64,000 nt of DNA, from the NCBI RefSeq assembly GCF_018977255.1, contig NW_024704742.1, positions 57,538,001 to 57,602,000 of the forward strand, given 5' to 3'. This document shows positions 21,862-35,217 of the stretch, one piece after another. The first letter of the stretch is position 1. Each line of letters opens with the position of its first letter. The position numbers and the translations under genes are program-made. The stretch comes from Callorhinchus milii. Its lineage: Eukaryota. The notes beneath the pieces are model-generated. The model saw only the letters and a list, made by a program, of their open reading frames with translations, was not told the DNA's origin and ran no database searches.

Positions 21862-24800
21862 TCTGACCTCCTCTCATCCTATCCCTACTTGACCATCCCA
21901 TAGCCTCCCTCTGCTTCAGCCTAGGAATCCTCCGTCAGGCTTACTGTGACACTCGGCGTTAGTTGTCCACCAGAGTCACACAGACAGCCCCATTCCTTAT
22001 TATCACTCAAGCCCCACAGGACCCAGACCCCGGGGGCCAACTTCTGCTCGCTCATCCTCATTCTCACCCTCCCTGCCATTCAGTCCATCACGCCCTCCCA
22101 TCTCACACGTTCCTCGGCAACTATCCCTTCCGCCCCCTCAAAATATCCGCTCATATTCCCCATCATTGAGGCCACACCACCTGGCTATACCTCCCACCGT
22201 GCCCCATGTCCCAACCTCCATAGTGGTGTTATGGCCCTCATCTCCAGAACCTCACTTGCTCTATCCGCTTACTTCTCTGGCTTATTCCCTCATTCAAGCA
22301 CCTTACATTCTTCATCGCTATATCAAATGCAAGGATTATTATTATTATTATCACCCCAATCTGTCCCTCAAAATTCTTCTAATTTACAGCCCCATCCCCA
22401 AAACCTCCCCCACCTTCATCTCTGACGTCCCCACCCTCCTAGCTTCTCTCTACCTCGGTTCTGAACTCCTCCTCATCCTCAGCAACTTCAACCTTCACTT
22501 CACCCCTCAAACTCCATCTCCTCTCCCTCCACATCCTCTCTGCCACTCACATTCATGGCCACCCACTTGACCTGGTGATTACCCAGGGCCTCAGTGTCTT
22601 GGATATCACAATCACAGACAAAGCCATCCCCTTACTTCTCTGACTGATTCCCCTCAGTCAAGCACCTTACATCGCTCCAATCTTTCCCTCAAAATTCTCC
22701 TCATTTACCGCCCCCATTTTGACGTGGATCATATCAAAACGTACTGCTCCACCCTCACCATTTCATCTCCTTTAACTCCTCAATCCCTCTCCCCACTGCC
22801 ATGCAACCCACCTCTGTCTCTTATCGCCACTAGAAAAAAATCTATCCGCAATCCCTCTCTGCTGCATTGAAATCATCTGAACTCCTTCCCCTCTGGCCTA
22901 TCTCCCGCACTGATTTATCCTCCTCACTGACTTTCCTCCACAGCTCCCTCTCCACCAATCTAGATGCCCTTGCCCACCTCACCTCCCAAACCGCCTCCTC
23001 CTCACGAATTTCACTTGGTACACCAGCCACCTCCACTCCCTCAAGTGTCAGGTGCGGGCTGCCGAATGCACCTCGCTCAAATCTGATGTAATGGTCCACC
23101 AGCAGATCTGGCTGGATCACATCAAAACGTACCACTCCACCCTCACCTCTGCCGAATCGTCCTTCTTCTCCAAGATAACCTTGGAGGCGAAGCACAACCC
23201 CAGGCTCGTCTTCTCCACTACCAACCGGCTCCTCCGTCCACCCGCTCACACCTCACCCATTCTCTCCTCAAACTCTGTTTGTGAGGAGATGCTGGATTTC
23301 CTTGAGTCCAAAATGGAGGCGATCTGATCAGCTGTCTCTGCCCTCCCAACCGCAACTTCCTCCCCATCTCCCCCTCACACTCCCATCCCTCCCTGAACAT
23401 CTTCGCACCTGTCTCCCCGTCCTCTTTCATCACCACCATATCCAGCATGAAACACACCACCTGCTCCATTGACCCCATCCCCACCCCTCTCCTTAGCTCC
23501 CACCTCCACCTCCTTGCCCCTCAACTCTCTGACACCATCAATCTCTCCCTCCAAAAAACAGCTATGATTATCTCAACCCTGAAAAAAACTTCCCTGGACT
23601 CATCCCTGCTTTCTAACCATTGGCCCATCTCCAACTTCCCTCTTTATTCCAAGATCCTTGAAAGAGTCGTTGCTTCCCAGCTTCGCTCCTTCCTCTCCTA
23701 CCATTCCCTTCATGAGCCCCTCCAATCAGGTTTCTGTGCTGCTCACAGCAGGGAAGCTGCTCTAGTCAGGTGACAAATGACATCCTTCGATACCATGGAC
23801 CACTCCATCCTCCTCCACCGCCTCTCCTCTCACCTCAACCTTCAAGGTTCTGCCCTTGAATGGTTCAGGCCTTATCTTTCACCCTGTCTCCAATTTGTCT
23901 CCGCCAATGGTTTCTCTTCCATCTCCCACACAGTCTCATGCAGTGTTCCTCAGGGATCTTTCCTTGGTCCCCTCCTCTTCAACCTCTACATGCTCCTTCT
24001 TGGTGACGTCATGCGCAAACATGAGGTCAACTTCCACATGTATGCAGATGACCTCCAACTCTATCTCTGCCTCCACCCTCAATTCCAGGACAACTGACAT
24101 CCTGAAAAACTGTCTGTCAGACATCAACACCTGAATGAGAGCCAACTTTCTACAGCTGAATGTCAGCAAGACCAAGGCCATCCTGATTGGCTCACGTCAG
24201 CGCCTCCGCACCTCAGGCACTGACAGCATCAGCATCCAGAGATACACACTCAACCTCACCAAATCAGTCAGGAACCTGGGCGTCTTGTTTGACCATCAAC
24301 TGTCCTTTCTTCCCCATATCCGTGCCATGACCCGCTATGCCTTCCCCCATCTCCGCAACATTGCCCGACTCCATCACTGCCTCACCCCTCATACAGCATT
24401 CTTCACCTCAAGGCTCAACTATGGAAACTCCCTCTTTGTCGGCCTCTCCAATTCTTCCCTCCACAAGCAGCAAATCATCCAGAATTCTGCAGCTCGTGTC
24501 CACTCCCACACCAGGCTCCGTGACCCCATCACTCCCACCCTTGCTCGACTCCACTGGCTCCTCATCCCTCTGAAGATAGAATTCAAAATCCTCATCCTCA
24601 CTTTCAAGGCCCTCCACAGCCTTGCCACCTCCTACCTCTCTAACCTGCTGATGCCCTATCAACCTATCTGCTCCCTCGATTCGGCAGGCTCTGGCCTGCT
24701 CCATGTCTCCCGCCCGACCTGCACTACCATCGGTGTCCGGGCTTTCAGCCTCGCTGCCCCCACCCTTAGGAACGCCATCCCACAATCCCTTAGCCTTGCT

Positions 24801-25080
24801 CCTCCTTAGCCTCCTTCAAGGCACGACTCAAGACCCTCCTTTTCAACCGTGCCTTCAGCACCCAGCTACAACAGGAACAACAACTTGGATTTATATAGCA
24901 TCCTCCATGCCGGACGGCGTCTCAGAGCTCTTCAGTTACGGATCTCGGGGCCTACCTTCTCTGCACTCCCTCATCCCAACCCTGCTCCCCCACTCTCGGG
25001 TCCTGATCCCTGACTGTTCAGCGCCTTGGGATGTTCTCCCGACGTGAAAGGCGCTTTACAAATGTAATGTTGTTGTCGTT
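21862..25080 (+). mobile_element. L2 LINE, near-complete ORF2 (endonuclease and RT), decayed
   Basis: ATPPGYT, LLILSNFNLH and HPLDLVIT (APE); [15 protein letters not shown] and [10 protein letters not shown] (RT); L2 tail with (TTG)n. Confidence 0.9.
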
Positions 25081-26107
25081 TCTTATTTTCTTATTCTCTT
25101 AAAATTACTTCTCTGCTCTACTTTTTTTTAATTCATTCACATCTTGTGACTTTTTTTTAGCAAGGCAAAGATTGAGGCCAAAAATTAATACCAGCCATAG
25201 GTGCAGTAATTAGAAATTTTTAATTAAATTAAAAAAAACTACTATTAGAGGTTTGCAGTGGACACAATTCTCCAGAAATGTGATGTCTCAAGCTATTAGT
25301 TGTAGAGTAACATATTTCAAAAATATATACAGTATTAACCATGGGAATGAAGGTTCACACAATATTACCTGTGTTTAGGCTGAATTCAGATTTTAAAGCT
25401 AAGACAGAATTAAATATGAATTATATGAAATTACTATTTCTCCCAATTTTTAGTCCCGTGTTTATGTGTCTTGTATCCAGGTTAAAATTAACTATTTTAA
25501 AATTTTAAATCTAAAACAGAATGAAGAATGATGTGAAATGATGAATTGTGGAAGTATGTATTTTTAATAACTCTTATTTTCATTTCCCATCACCTCAGTT
25601 TATCTAGCAGTAAGTAAGAACCCGGTTGTTAGTCGATTGGCAGATCACTTTTCCGCCCACAAATATAGTCAATTCACTTTACAGTATATTCCGTTAAGTG
25701 CTATGAGACAAATACGTCGTAAGGCACTATATCAAATGCAAGGATTATTATTATTATTATCACTCTATACCCAGTTTCCCTGACTAACCAGGTACCTTCA
25801 GATATTTATTTGCTAAGAGTTGGATGAGACAGTTTGAGTGGATTCCTATATTTTTCCTCCCTCTAGCCAGCCTGCTTGATATTCAAAATTTGCCTGAGAT
25901 ATGAAGTTGCAGTCCATCATTTTGCTGCCCATTACACTGCTCTGTTCAATATTTATTCACTTACTACCTCTGTGTACCTTTAATTGTGTGTGTAAAAAAA
26001 ATTCCAGCTATTCTATGTATAACAATTCATCCTTAAAATAAGTGAGTTCCTCAGGTAGTTTGCTACCTAAAACGGACCACCCAGTGCAGCTCTAAGCCTC
26101 AATATCC

Positions 26108-26490
26108 AAGTTGCACTGAGTAGCTGATCTCAACAGGGGCAGCAGTTGGTGAACTACAAGTAGCCTCAGTCCCTCTGGGTTAGGGAGGGAAAAGTCAGCC
26201 AGGGTTCGTACCCCAGGTTGATATCCAGACATCATGCTGGAGAGGAGGATGTGATCATATGGATGGAAGGGTTTTCTTCATCCAAAACTCTTTTGACTCA
26301 CATGAAACATGATTATGTTTAGCTGTACTCTCTCTCCCCCCACCCCCATCTCCAGTTGAATAGACTGCGAACACTCAGTATTAAGTTTGATACATGAACA
26401 ATGAGTTTCTTGGGCAATGTACCAAAGTACATCTGGTCCATGTAGAGCCATACTCCAGTAAAAGGAATTAAATGGCTTCAGTAGAGGTGA
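26108..26490 (+). mobile_element. Ancient SINE-like dispersed repeat (family not assigned)
   Basis: GCTGATCTC...GGGCAGCAG...CTGGGTTAGGGAGGGAAAAGTCAGCCAGGGTTC; related to 28972-29340 (+) and 36478-36668 (-). Confidence 0.6.
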
Positions 26491-26989
26491 AGGAGAACAG
26501 ATAAAATCGATGATTTTTTTTTAATAAAAGGTAAATGACTAATTTGAAATCATAATATTGTGAATAATGCAATGTTTACATTGTTATTCCTGATCCCAAA
26601 TTAAGCTTCCTGAATTCTTCTTTACACATAAATGTTTTATTCCTTAAGAATGCTATAGTAAGCTCCTGATAACATGACACTGGCTTAACTAGTCACTACC
26701 ACTTAAGTAGCTGTGCTGTCAACATCCCAGCTGCTTCCAATATTAAATATTAATAACTAGTTTTATTCTAAAAATTCTTGTAAATACTTACATAGGATAA
26801 TGCATCCTGTAAGATAGCATATTGCATCACAGATGCCTCCTGCCCCTTTCCTGTGACTGGCTCAGATGCTCGGTGGAGTTGTGTGGAGGTTTGGTTTTCA
26901 CGCTCAGCTATCTAGCTACTCTGGATAACTAGTCGTTGAGCACTTTTCCCTTTCATTGATGAGTTATCAGGAGTTTACTGTATATTCTT

Positions 26990-27424
26990 AGGTGTCAGCC
27001 TGGCTCACCTGGTAGCACTCTCAACCCTGAGTCAGAAGGTTGTGGGTTCAGGCTCCAGGGCAAGACTCTAAACTCAAAAGTACAGGCTGACCCTCCAGTG
27101 CACTGCTGGGAGGGTGCTGCATTGTGGCGAGGTGCCAACCTTCAGATGAGGCATTAAAGTGAAGCCCTCCCTGTCTATTTGTCTTTCTGTTGAGGTGGAT
27201 GTTAAAAGATCCCATGGCACTATTTAAAAAAAAATAGAACGCCCCTGTGATCCTGGTCAACATTTCTCTGAATAAAATCGTTCATTCACTTCATAGCTGT
27301 TTGTGGGACATTGTTGTGCGTCACATCCACCCAAAAATAGTCACTACACTTTACAGATCCTGTGAAGCACTTTGAAACATGCTCCAGATGTGAAAGGGCC
27401 ATATCAAATGCAAGGATTATTATT
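26990..27424 (+). mobile_element. DeuSINE-type SINE (tRNA head, Deu domain, L2 tail)
   Basis: GCTGACCCTCCAGTGCA...GAGGTGCC..CTTCAGATGAG..TTAAA...AAAAGATCCCATGGCACTATT is characteristic of the Deu domain (recalled). Confidence 0.8.
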
Positions 27425-27489
27425 CAGCACTCAATAAGGAACTATTACATCTGCATGTCTGAAAAAAATGCAAAGCATTACAATATATT

Positions 27490-30400
27490 AAAGAAACGTT
27501 ATTTAATGGCTTTAAAGTAAATAACACATTCCCAAAGGGAAAATTCACATGAGCTACAATAGTAACAACATAAACACTTTTGACATAGAGGGACTTTTAA
27601 ATAAACATTTTTAAAAATCCCTGTTTACAGTTTTTCAAGTTATTGTACTAAGCATGACAGCTAAACACATCATTTTACAGTATAATACACTTACAAAAAA
27701 CAAGCCTGTTATAATTTGCTATAACATACATAAAACAGTAACATTAGGGAAGACGTTCCATGAACGATTGCTTGGTAAGAAACTTTTTACAATATAAACA
27801 CCACATCTGGATGAGTTTAACAGCAACCAGAGAAAATCACTTTTTTTCGTTTGTTGTTATTTTAGCAGTGCAAACATATTTGTACAAGGCAGTCCTGGCT
27901 GCTCTATTCCTTCTTCTTGAAGAAAAAATATTGTTTGCATTTGTACTCACTAAATTCATACAATTACAATTCAGTCATTTACAGGAAAAATACCTATCAT
28001 TATCCTTTTGAGTTCAGTCTTTAAAAATAGACTAACCTTTGAATGCAAACTCCTCATAGAGATATCTGATAGAAGAAGTTAATCTTTTTTTCACGTGCTG
28101 GCACATTTCAAAACAACACATGAATTAAAATGAACATATATGGAAGCTAGTTTGGAACCCACGCTTCAAGGAATTAAAGCACCAGCGTAAAAATTCACAA
28201 GCAAGTTTGGTGAGAGCTTATTTATAAGATGGTAACAAAGAGAGGGAAAAGAAAGGGAATCATGCTACATCACCCTCACTGTTACCATTTTATTAAAGCT
28301 GTGGAGGTAGTTATGTGCAATGATGAACAATATGTTGACTTAATGAAAAAATGTTTTGTGTACATTTAAGATCATTCAAATCTCTCATTGCCATAGAAAC
28401 AGTATCAAAGACATTTGCAATGTTTTGTCCTACTATGGATTGCAATAAATCAGGCACACACACATTTTGTAAACATATATACATTTATACTAGTTTGCTT
28501 GTTTTGTCGCTATGTAATTCTATGTAATCTCATATTTACACCATTTATTGAAACCAAATCAAATTTCAAATCATTTATCAATGGGTGTGTTAATAGTTTT
28601 GCATCAATAGAAATTACTTAATTTGAAAGTAAGGTTAACCAAATGATAAGCGTGTTCCAGTGCTATTGTCACAATAAGCATCTGCTGGATGTTGAATATT
28701 GGAAACTGTACATTCACAAAGGGGCAGATATTAACCAGTTTTAGTGCCATGATAATAGCAGTGTGCCTCCAGGTAATAATAAAATTATGCCAAATATCCA
28801 CCAAAAACAGATTCTTGCCTGTCGTAGGACAAGACAAAATGAGATGATTAGTCCCTTTTTTAAAAAAAATGTATAAATATAACACATCTAAAGGACTGGC
28901 TCCATACTCACTACTATTCCAAATACCTAGATTTGTACAAAATTGGCTTAACTGGTGCATCAGAAGCCTAATAGATAGCTCAGTTGGTTAAGCCACTCCT
29001 AAAGAGATCTGCGATACAGATGGGAAGGTTGTAGGTTTGATCCCCAGTCTGTGCTGCGTTGGGCTGCTCTCGATTAGGGCAGCAATAGGGATGTTACTGT
29101 TGGTCTCAGGTTACTTGGGTTACAAGACAGAAAAAGTGCCTAGGATTTGCACTTCTGACTGTTATCCAGCAGCTTCTACTGGAATCAGTGCTTGTATGTT
29201 TTGGGGTGATGTTAGAGTCAGGTTTGACTGTGATGCCCCTGCCCTAGTTTAAATATCCTGCAGACTCATAGATGCGGAATGGCCACAAGAGCTGCTGTTC
29301 TGTACAAACATACTCCAGCATCAGCATCTGAGGGTCGGAAGAGACTGAAGGGAGGAATGGGACAGGAAATGTTTATTTAAAAAAAAATCACACAAAATAA
29401 AGAGTAATTAATATTTAATGGCATCCCAAAACACAAAGGCACTAATGGATATAAAACATGGAGTTACCTTTCAGCAAAAAGAGAGGAACCTAGTGGCATG
29501 CTAGCACCAATGTTAGTTACATGCATAACACTGGGCCCTGGTCACTGTAAAAANTAGCCTTGTGCTGTAATACTCTTCTATCAGTAACATAATATGGTAA
29601 CGTACGTTTCAATTACTACAGAAAGGTCGGTAATAATGTGCTCACTGACACTGCATGATCAACAGTGACAGCTCAGACACCAATATCCAAGAAATTTAAA
29701 ACCTTTACAATTTTATGCACTGGTTATGTTGGTTAGGAGGAAGCTATTGTTGGCAACATAATCAAAGTGTACAGGTGATGTGTGTTATCCCGCTCAAACT
29801 TTGCTCACTTGGTTTATATTGTAGTCAAAATGCTTCAGTTACACTGCCTTGTAATAACAATATCTATTTTCCATGTAACAAACTGTTTTCAAGATAGAGT
29901 TTCTTATTCAAGAGCATTTCCTCTGAAGCACATTGGTACACATAAACAGACTCTTATCAGGTAGATATAATTGGTATACAGTTGCTATAATACTTGAAAC
30001 AATTTTCCCTATGAATTGCTCTTATAGACAGTAGTTAGGGCTACTGAAATAGTGACAAAAATAACCAAATGTGCAAGCTTATAGATTGTACAACTAACAA
30101 AACTCAAATACCATTTTATCTTTCAATAGTGCAACAGAATCTGTTGGTACCACATCACTTTATTATCGACAACAATTGTTCTTAGAAAAAAAACGGACAT
30201 TAGAATTGAAGATAATATCTTCAGTGTTTAGACTGTGACAGAAATGTGCTCATCCAGATTTTAATGCGTGCACTAGCTTTGCAAAATTACTGTGGTGCAT
30301 TTTGCTGGCTTGATGTTCTAAAGAAGATCATTTCTAAACATGGAAGTTTTGGTAGAATATCATCAAGAAACCAAAGCCATGAAGTGCAAAACAGTTTGTG

Positions 30401-30720
30401 CTTTTTCTTCTTTACCAAACCCACAATGGACGTTCATGCAGTATGGTGCAGTTATGGTGTTGGCGAATGCCATGCAGTAAGTTGCATTACCCACTCAATA
30501 CCTAAAGGATGAAGAAGTAAAATTGATAAGTACATACGATTATTCTTTTAATACAGCTCCAATTCATAGAAATGGCTCTAAATTCAGTTTCACTGTCACT
30601 TATGTGTGAGCAAAGCTGATGGTCTCAATACGTTTCAAATGGTAACTGAAGTATAGGTGCGTGATTGGTTGTTGAGTCTATGATATGGAATCTGTCACTG
30701 ACAGCTACTACTGACAGTGG
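27490..30720 (-). other. STOX2: Putative long STOX2 3'UTR with candidate distal poly(A) signal ATTAAA (27502-27507)
   Basis: Repeat-poor, AU-rich stretch downstream of the stop; ends at ATTAAA followed by a U-rich tract just before a SINE. Alternative AATAAA hexamers at 28289-28294 and 28544-28549. Confidence 0.55.
28972..29340 (+). mobile_element. Ancient tRNA-headed SINE, antisense within the putative STOX2 3'UTR
   Basis: TAGCTCAGTTGG A box, GGTTTGATCCC B box, body similar to 26108. Confidence 0.65.
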
Positions 30721-30910
30721 TCAAACACTGGTAACAGAAGCTAAACACTTCAAGGGCTCTTGTAGGTTTTCAGGTTCACTTGGCGCAGAATCGGTAGTTG
30801 CTCGGAAACTGAATGCTGCCGTGCCTCCATGTCCTGGACTAAGAGCAGGGTTCTGACGCCTGTTGCTTTCTAATAGGCTCGAGGTGTTAGAGGCCAGACT
30901 TTCACGAGTA
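30721..30910 (-). CDS. STOX2: Storkhead-box protein 2, last coding exon TRESLASNTSSLLESNRRQNPALSP...ASVTSV*
   Basis: TTTCAG acceptor in phase 2 completes Arg (CG|T); conserved C-terminus ending VTSV; TGA at 30721-30723. Confidence 0.96.
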
Positions 30911-32470
30911 CTGAAACACAGTATGGGTGGAAAAACATTAATGCTTCCAGACACTAATGCCATAACATTAATCCTTCACAACCTTTGGGCAACAATACTC
31001 AAAGAGGCCATAAGCATAGGGGGTTAAGTAATCTTTATATCAGATGGTGCAGTACAGGGTGCTCTTCTGAGAGTTTGATGGGGAAAGGATGGGTGGAGGC
31101 ACATTGTGTGGGACACAACTCAGCATCACATCTGATCTGATTACACTGGTGTGATGGTATTACTTGGTACAATATAAAAAATAATTGCATTTCTGGATAT
31201 TATAATCCATCATTAACAACCCATTATCAATCCGTAGAATTGCTGTCTAACTGTAAACTGTATTTTAACACTATCAAGACATAATCGCAAAATATAATGA
31301 CTTTGAATTATGCAGAATGGGAGGTACTTTTATTCACGAGACCATCAGAGGAGCTTACATACAGTTTAAAAAATCTTTTTTTGGTATATATTTTAGAAAT
31401 TTAATATCTCAATATTAAAACTCTCCTAATGCTCGGGGTACTGCTGTTCTATTAGTGTTCTCAGTTGTCTCTCAAAGCATGGGCTGAAAACTCATAGAAC
31501 CAGTCAGCAGGAGTGTGAAATTCCAGCTCATTTAAACGTATAAGACCAGATTGCCTTAAAATTGAACATCGTCCAGAATTGTTGAAAATTCTTAAAATTC
31601 AGTCTTAATTTGGAAGACAGTTCTTTATGTAAATAAAAACTGCAGCAAACTTGTCTCCAAAATAAGATTGAATATGAGCATATTATACAATTCAATACAA
31701 CCTTACATTTTAAAAGAAAATGTTTTTATGGGTGCAGTTTCAGGCCTCAGGTACACGAGCTCCCCTGAAACTGACAATATCCGAAAGTTAACAAGATATT
31801 TTAGCAACTATTTATACATGAAAAACATAAATTAGAACAAAGGGCATTAGACGCCCCAACATTTTGGAAACAGTCATTTGGAAACCAATTCTTTTGTAGT
31901 TCTTTTGGTGCTGAGAAAAATCAGCTTCCAAATTCAGACTGAATTTGAGGGGATTTCCCAAAATTCTGTTTGATCTCAAATTTTAAGACAATGTTCTTTT
32001 CACAAGATCACATGATTGGTCTGGATGAAGGCCCTTCAGCCCATTCTATCTCATCCCTCCAAAACACCTACCTTATCGCATCCCACATCACTGCATCAAG
32101 CTGCTTTCTAAATGAGCCCAGTGCACTGTATCACTTTTACTGGCAACCTGTTCTGGCTGATGATTACCGTTGATATAAAGAAAACTTCCTGGTATCTGTC
32201 CTGAAATTGCCCTTTACGATTCTACTGTACTCTTGTTCTACTGTCTTGATGCATCCTAAAGTATTAATCTGGGCTTACTTTTTCATCCTATTTACAATTT
32301 CATACACCTCTATGAGGTCCCTTCTGAGTCATCTTCTCTCAAGACTGAAGAACCCAGCTTGTCTAATTGTTGCTCAGTTGCTTATGAATGAGAGAAATTT
32401 GAGTGCTCCTATTCCACATGTGGAAAACTCACAGTGACCAAGACAGATCTTCAGTGAACAAATGTTAAAT

Positions 32471-32557
32471 TCGATTTCTACCTTAAGAAATTTACAATGG
32501 ATTGATGACTTATCTCACGTAATCAATCCACTGTGAATTTCTCAAGGTGGAAATCGA
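32471..32557. repeat. Inverted repeat with 39-bp arms and a 9-nt loop, in the last STOX2 intron
   Basis: Arms 32471-32509 and 32519-32557 are 34/39 complementary. Confidence 0.9.
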
Positions 32558-32957
32558 CATTATTAAACTGTCACAATCAAGATTTTCTCCAAGTCCCATA
32601 GCTGCTTACTGATTTAAGGTCTCTTCTGGTGCTTCAAACAATCTATTCTTCTTGTTAACTTTCTTTTTTATGAATAATAATAGGTTATATTCATGTGTTT
32701 ATCTGTAAATGGTATAAAGTGTTCATTATTCCAAAGAAAATGAACAAATATGCAATGCACAGTAATCTGGGGCAAGATTTTGTACTAAACTAAATCACTG
32801 CAAAAACGGATTTCTAAATTCTACAGATGTAAGATGACAATGCATCAATTAATTTTTGAAGTCTAGCATCTGCTTTGAGATTTTCTGTCTAATTATAGCC
32901 TGAAAGAATTTTAAGTCATAAATTCAATTACACTGAATTTACCACTTGTTTGCTTAC

Positions 32958-35217
32958 CGAGGAGAATTAAATCCACTGTCTACTGTTATACTGCTGCTGT
33001 CCATGCTATCTAGTCGAGCAGTGTGCGTAGTTTTCTGGCTGGTATTGTTATCACCTTCCTTGGGGAGAGTTAGATTCTTCTCAAACTTTCTCTGGAGGCT
33101 CTTCTCTTTCTCTCGTTCTAGGAGCCACTGTACAGTTCCACCGTCCTCTCGGTTCTTAGCCTCCTCTTGTTTTTTGTTCGTCCCATCTTCAGACTCATCA
33201 TCAGAAACATTGTAATAGTCAAAGGAGGATTCTTGGTTCACTGGCTCTTCTTGTCCCTGTGACACAGGCATTAATTGCGTCCCAGCGGTGAGGCCAACAC
33301 ACTCGAGGTTCTCAAGGTTTGTGTGGAGCACCTCAGAAGGGTTCTTGTGTTGTGATTCATACAATGAAATCCCAGATGATTCCTGGTAACTGTTCTCCAC
33401 ATACTTTCCAGGCAGAATTTCAGAATGTGGTTTGAAGACTTCTCCATTCGGCAATGACAGTGTGGATGCTTGCCCAGCTCCAGGCAGACTAATGTTGGTG
33501 TCCACTTTTTCAGGATAATGGCTCTGTTGGAGTGACAATTGCTCAAGCTGTCCATTCACATTTTCTTCAATAGGAGAGTGTTTGGAGAACCTGTCCAAAG
33601 GGGACAGATTTTTAACTCCATCTGACAAGGTCAAATTTTCATAGCCCTTGAACAGATGCTCATCATTACATCCAGTTGATGGAGAAGACGCAGTCAAAAT
33701 ACCCTCCTTAGATGTATTACACTGAAAGTAATCAGCAGCTGCTGGGTCTGTTGCGCAACAGTTGGGTTCACTGAATTTGGACAAACCCTCTTCAACTGTA
33801 ATGTGTTCAAGTGGATTGCAAGGATCAGCAGGACCTGGTGTACTGTTATCAATATCAACGCACTCAGGTATACATGGCTCTGTAATATGATTTGAATGTG
33901 ATGGCAGTCCTGATCTGTGATAACTGAGTAATTTGGAAGAACGTAATTTACTGTCTTCATTAGTGGAATGGCTTTCCTCCAAGCCGCGTCCTTTCATCTC
34001 TTCAGGCGTACCTAACAAGGCAGCACCAAGAGGTCTTTTCGAATTATCCATAGACCTGGATCTCTCCTTAGCTTTACTGCTCCTATCATTTCTTGATTTT
34101 CTGTCTTGAGTATGGCTGTGGCTCCGATGAACCTTGGACTGTAAACTCTCTCTCGAATGTTCATGAAATCGACTCTCCATCCTTCTCTTATATAGATCCC
34201 CAGACACATCCCACTCTGGCGTCACAGGAAAGTGGGATTCAACCATATTTATTTTATCATGTGTTATAAACTCATTATCGCCTTTTAGTTCTATAGTGGC
34301 ACTTTTTTCACACGGTGATCTAGTTACTGGATCATAAAATTCATATTCCCTTGATTCTGGTACATCTAAGTGGGTATCTTCTGAGTGTTCCCCTTTAGGA
34401 ACCCTAGACTTGCTATGTGATCGGGATTTACCATGGGATTTTTTGTGACTTCTACTCTTTTTGCTCTTGCCACTGTGCTGTGCGGAGGAACCTGCTTTAT
34501 TCCTTTGGGCTTTGTCCTCTTCAAGTTTCTTCATCAGCGCTGTGTGTTTCAAGACGTTTTCTACAGTCAGGTCAGGATTGATGCGTTTAATTAACTCCTG
34601 TTCTACCTCCCTTGGTATGGAAGTCGGATTATCTTCATCACGCAATGGCCATTCCTCTGGGGGAAACTGGGCAGAAAAATTCACCAACTGCTTTGATTTG
34701 TCCTTTTTAAAACTTAACCTGAATAGTTTCAGGCCAAATTTTTTAGATTGCTTTTCTCCATCTTTGTGTTTCGGCAGCGTTTCGGTTTTGTACGAACAAT
34801 TCACAGTACTTTTACTTTTCTCTGTGTGGGTTGCTGGCATCAGATTGAAAGAAGGAGGGCAAACAGAGTCCTTACATTCCTTTGTTGATTTTTTCTGAAG
34901 AGTGGATGTATGATTATGAAATTCTTCTCTAAAGCAATTGCAAGAGTCACAGTGGTTTCTATGGTGCGCTCTGTCTCTGACACAGCCAGAGGTGGACGGA
35001 GTGATAGACCCTGGCTGTGGTGACGTACATTGAGACCGATCAGGTATCCTTTCATCCAGATGGTACCATTTGCTATTTGTTCTTATGAGTGAAGGTGTAA
35101 TAAAATAAGTCTGTGGGGTCACGATAAAATAACCATCAGGAGTTGGGTAAATTTTACGCTCTCTCACAAGCATGTTCAATGTGTGCCGCAGAATTTCTTG
35201 ACTGGGTGTGGGAACCC
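32958..35217 (-). CDS. STOX2: Storkhead-box protein 2, large exon (2260 nt) VPTPSQEILRHTLNMLVRERKIYPTPDGYFIVTPQTYF...DSSSITVDSGFNSP(R)
   Basis: ORF 32954..35239; STOX2 signatures FSAQFPPEEWPLRDED, FPVTPEWDVSG, DSGFNSPR; CTATAG acceptor, GTAAGC donor. Confidence 0.97.

Noticed and set aside
34461..34898. 145-aa plus-strand ORF
   Set aside because: Antisense shadow of the STOX2 coding exon
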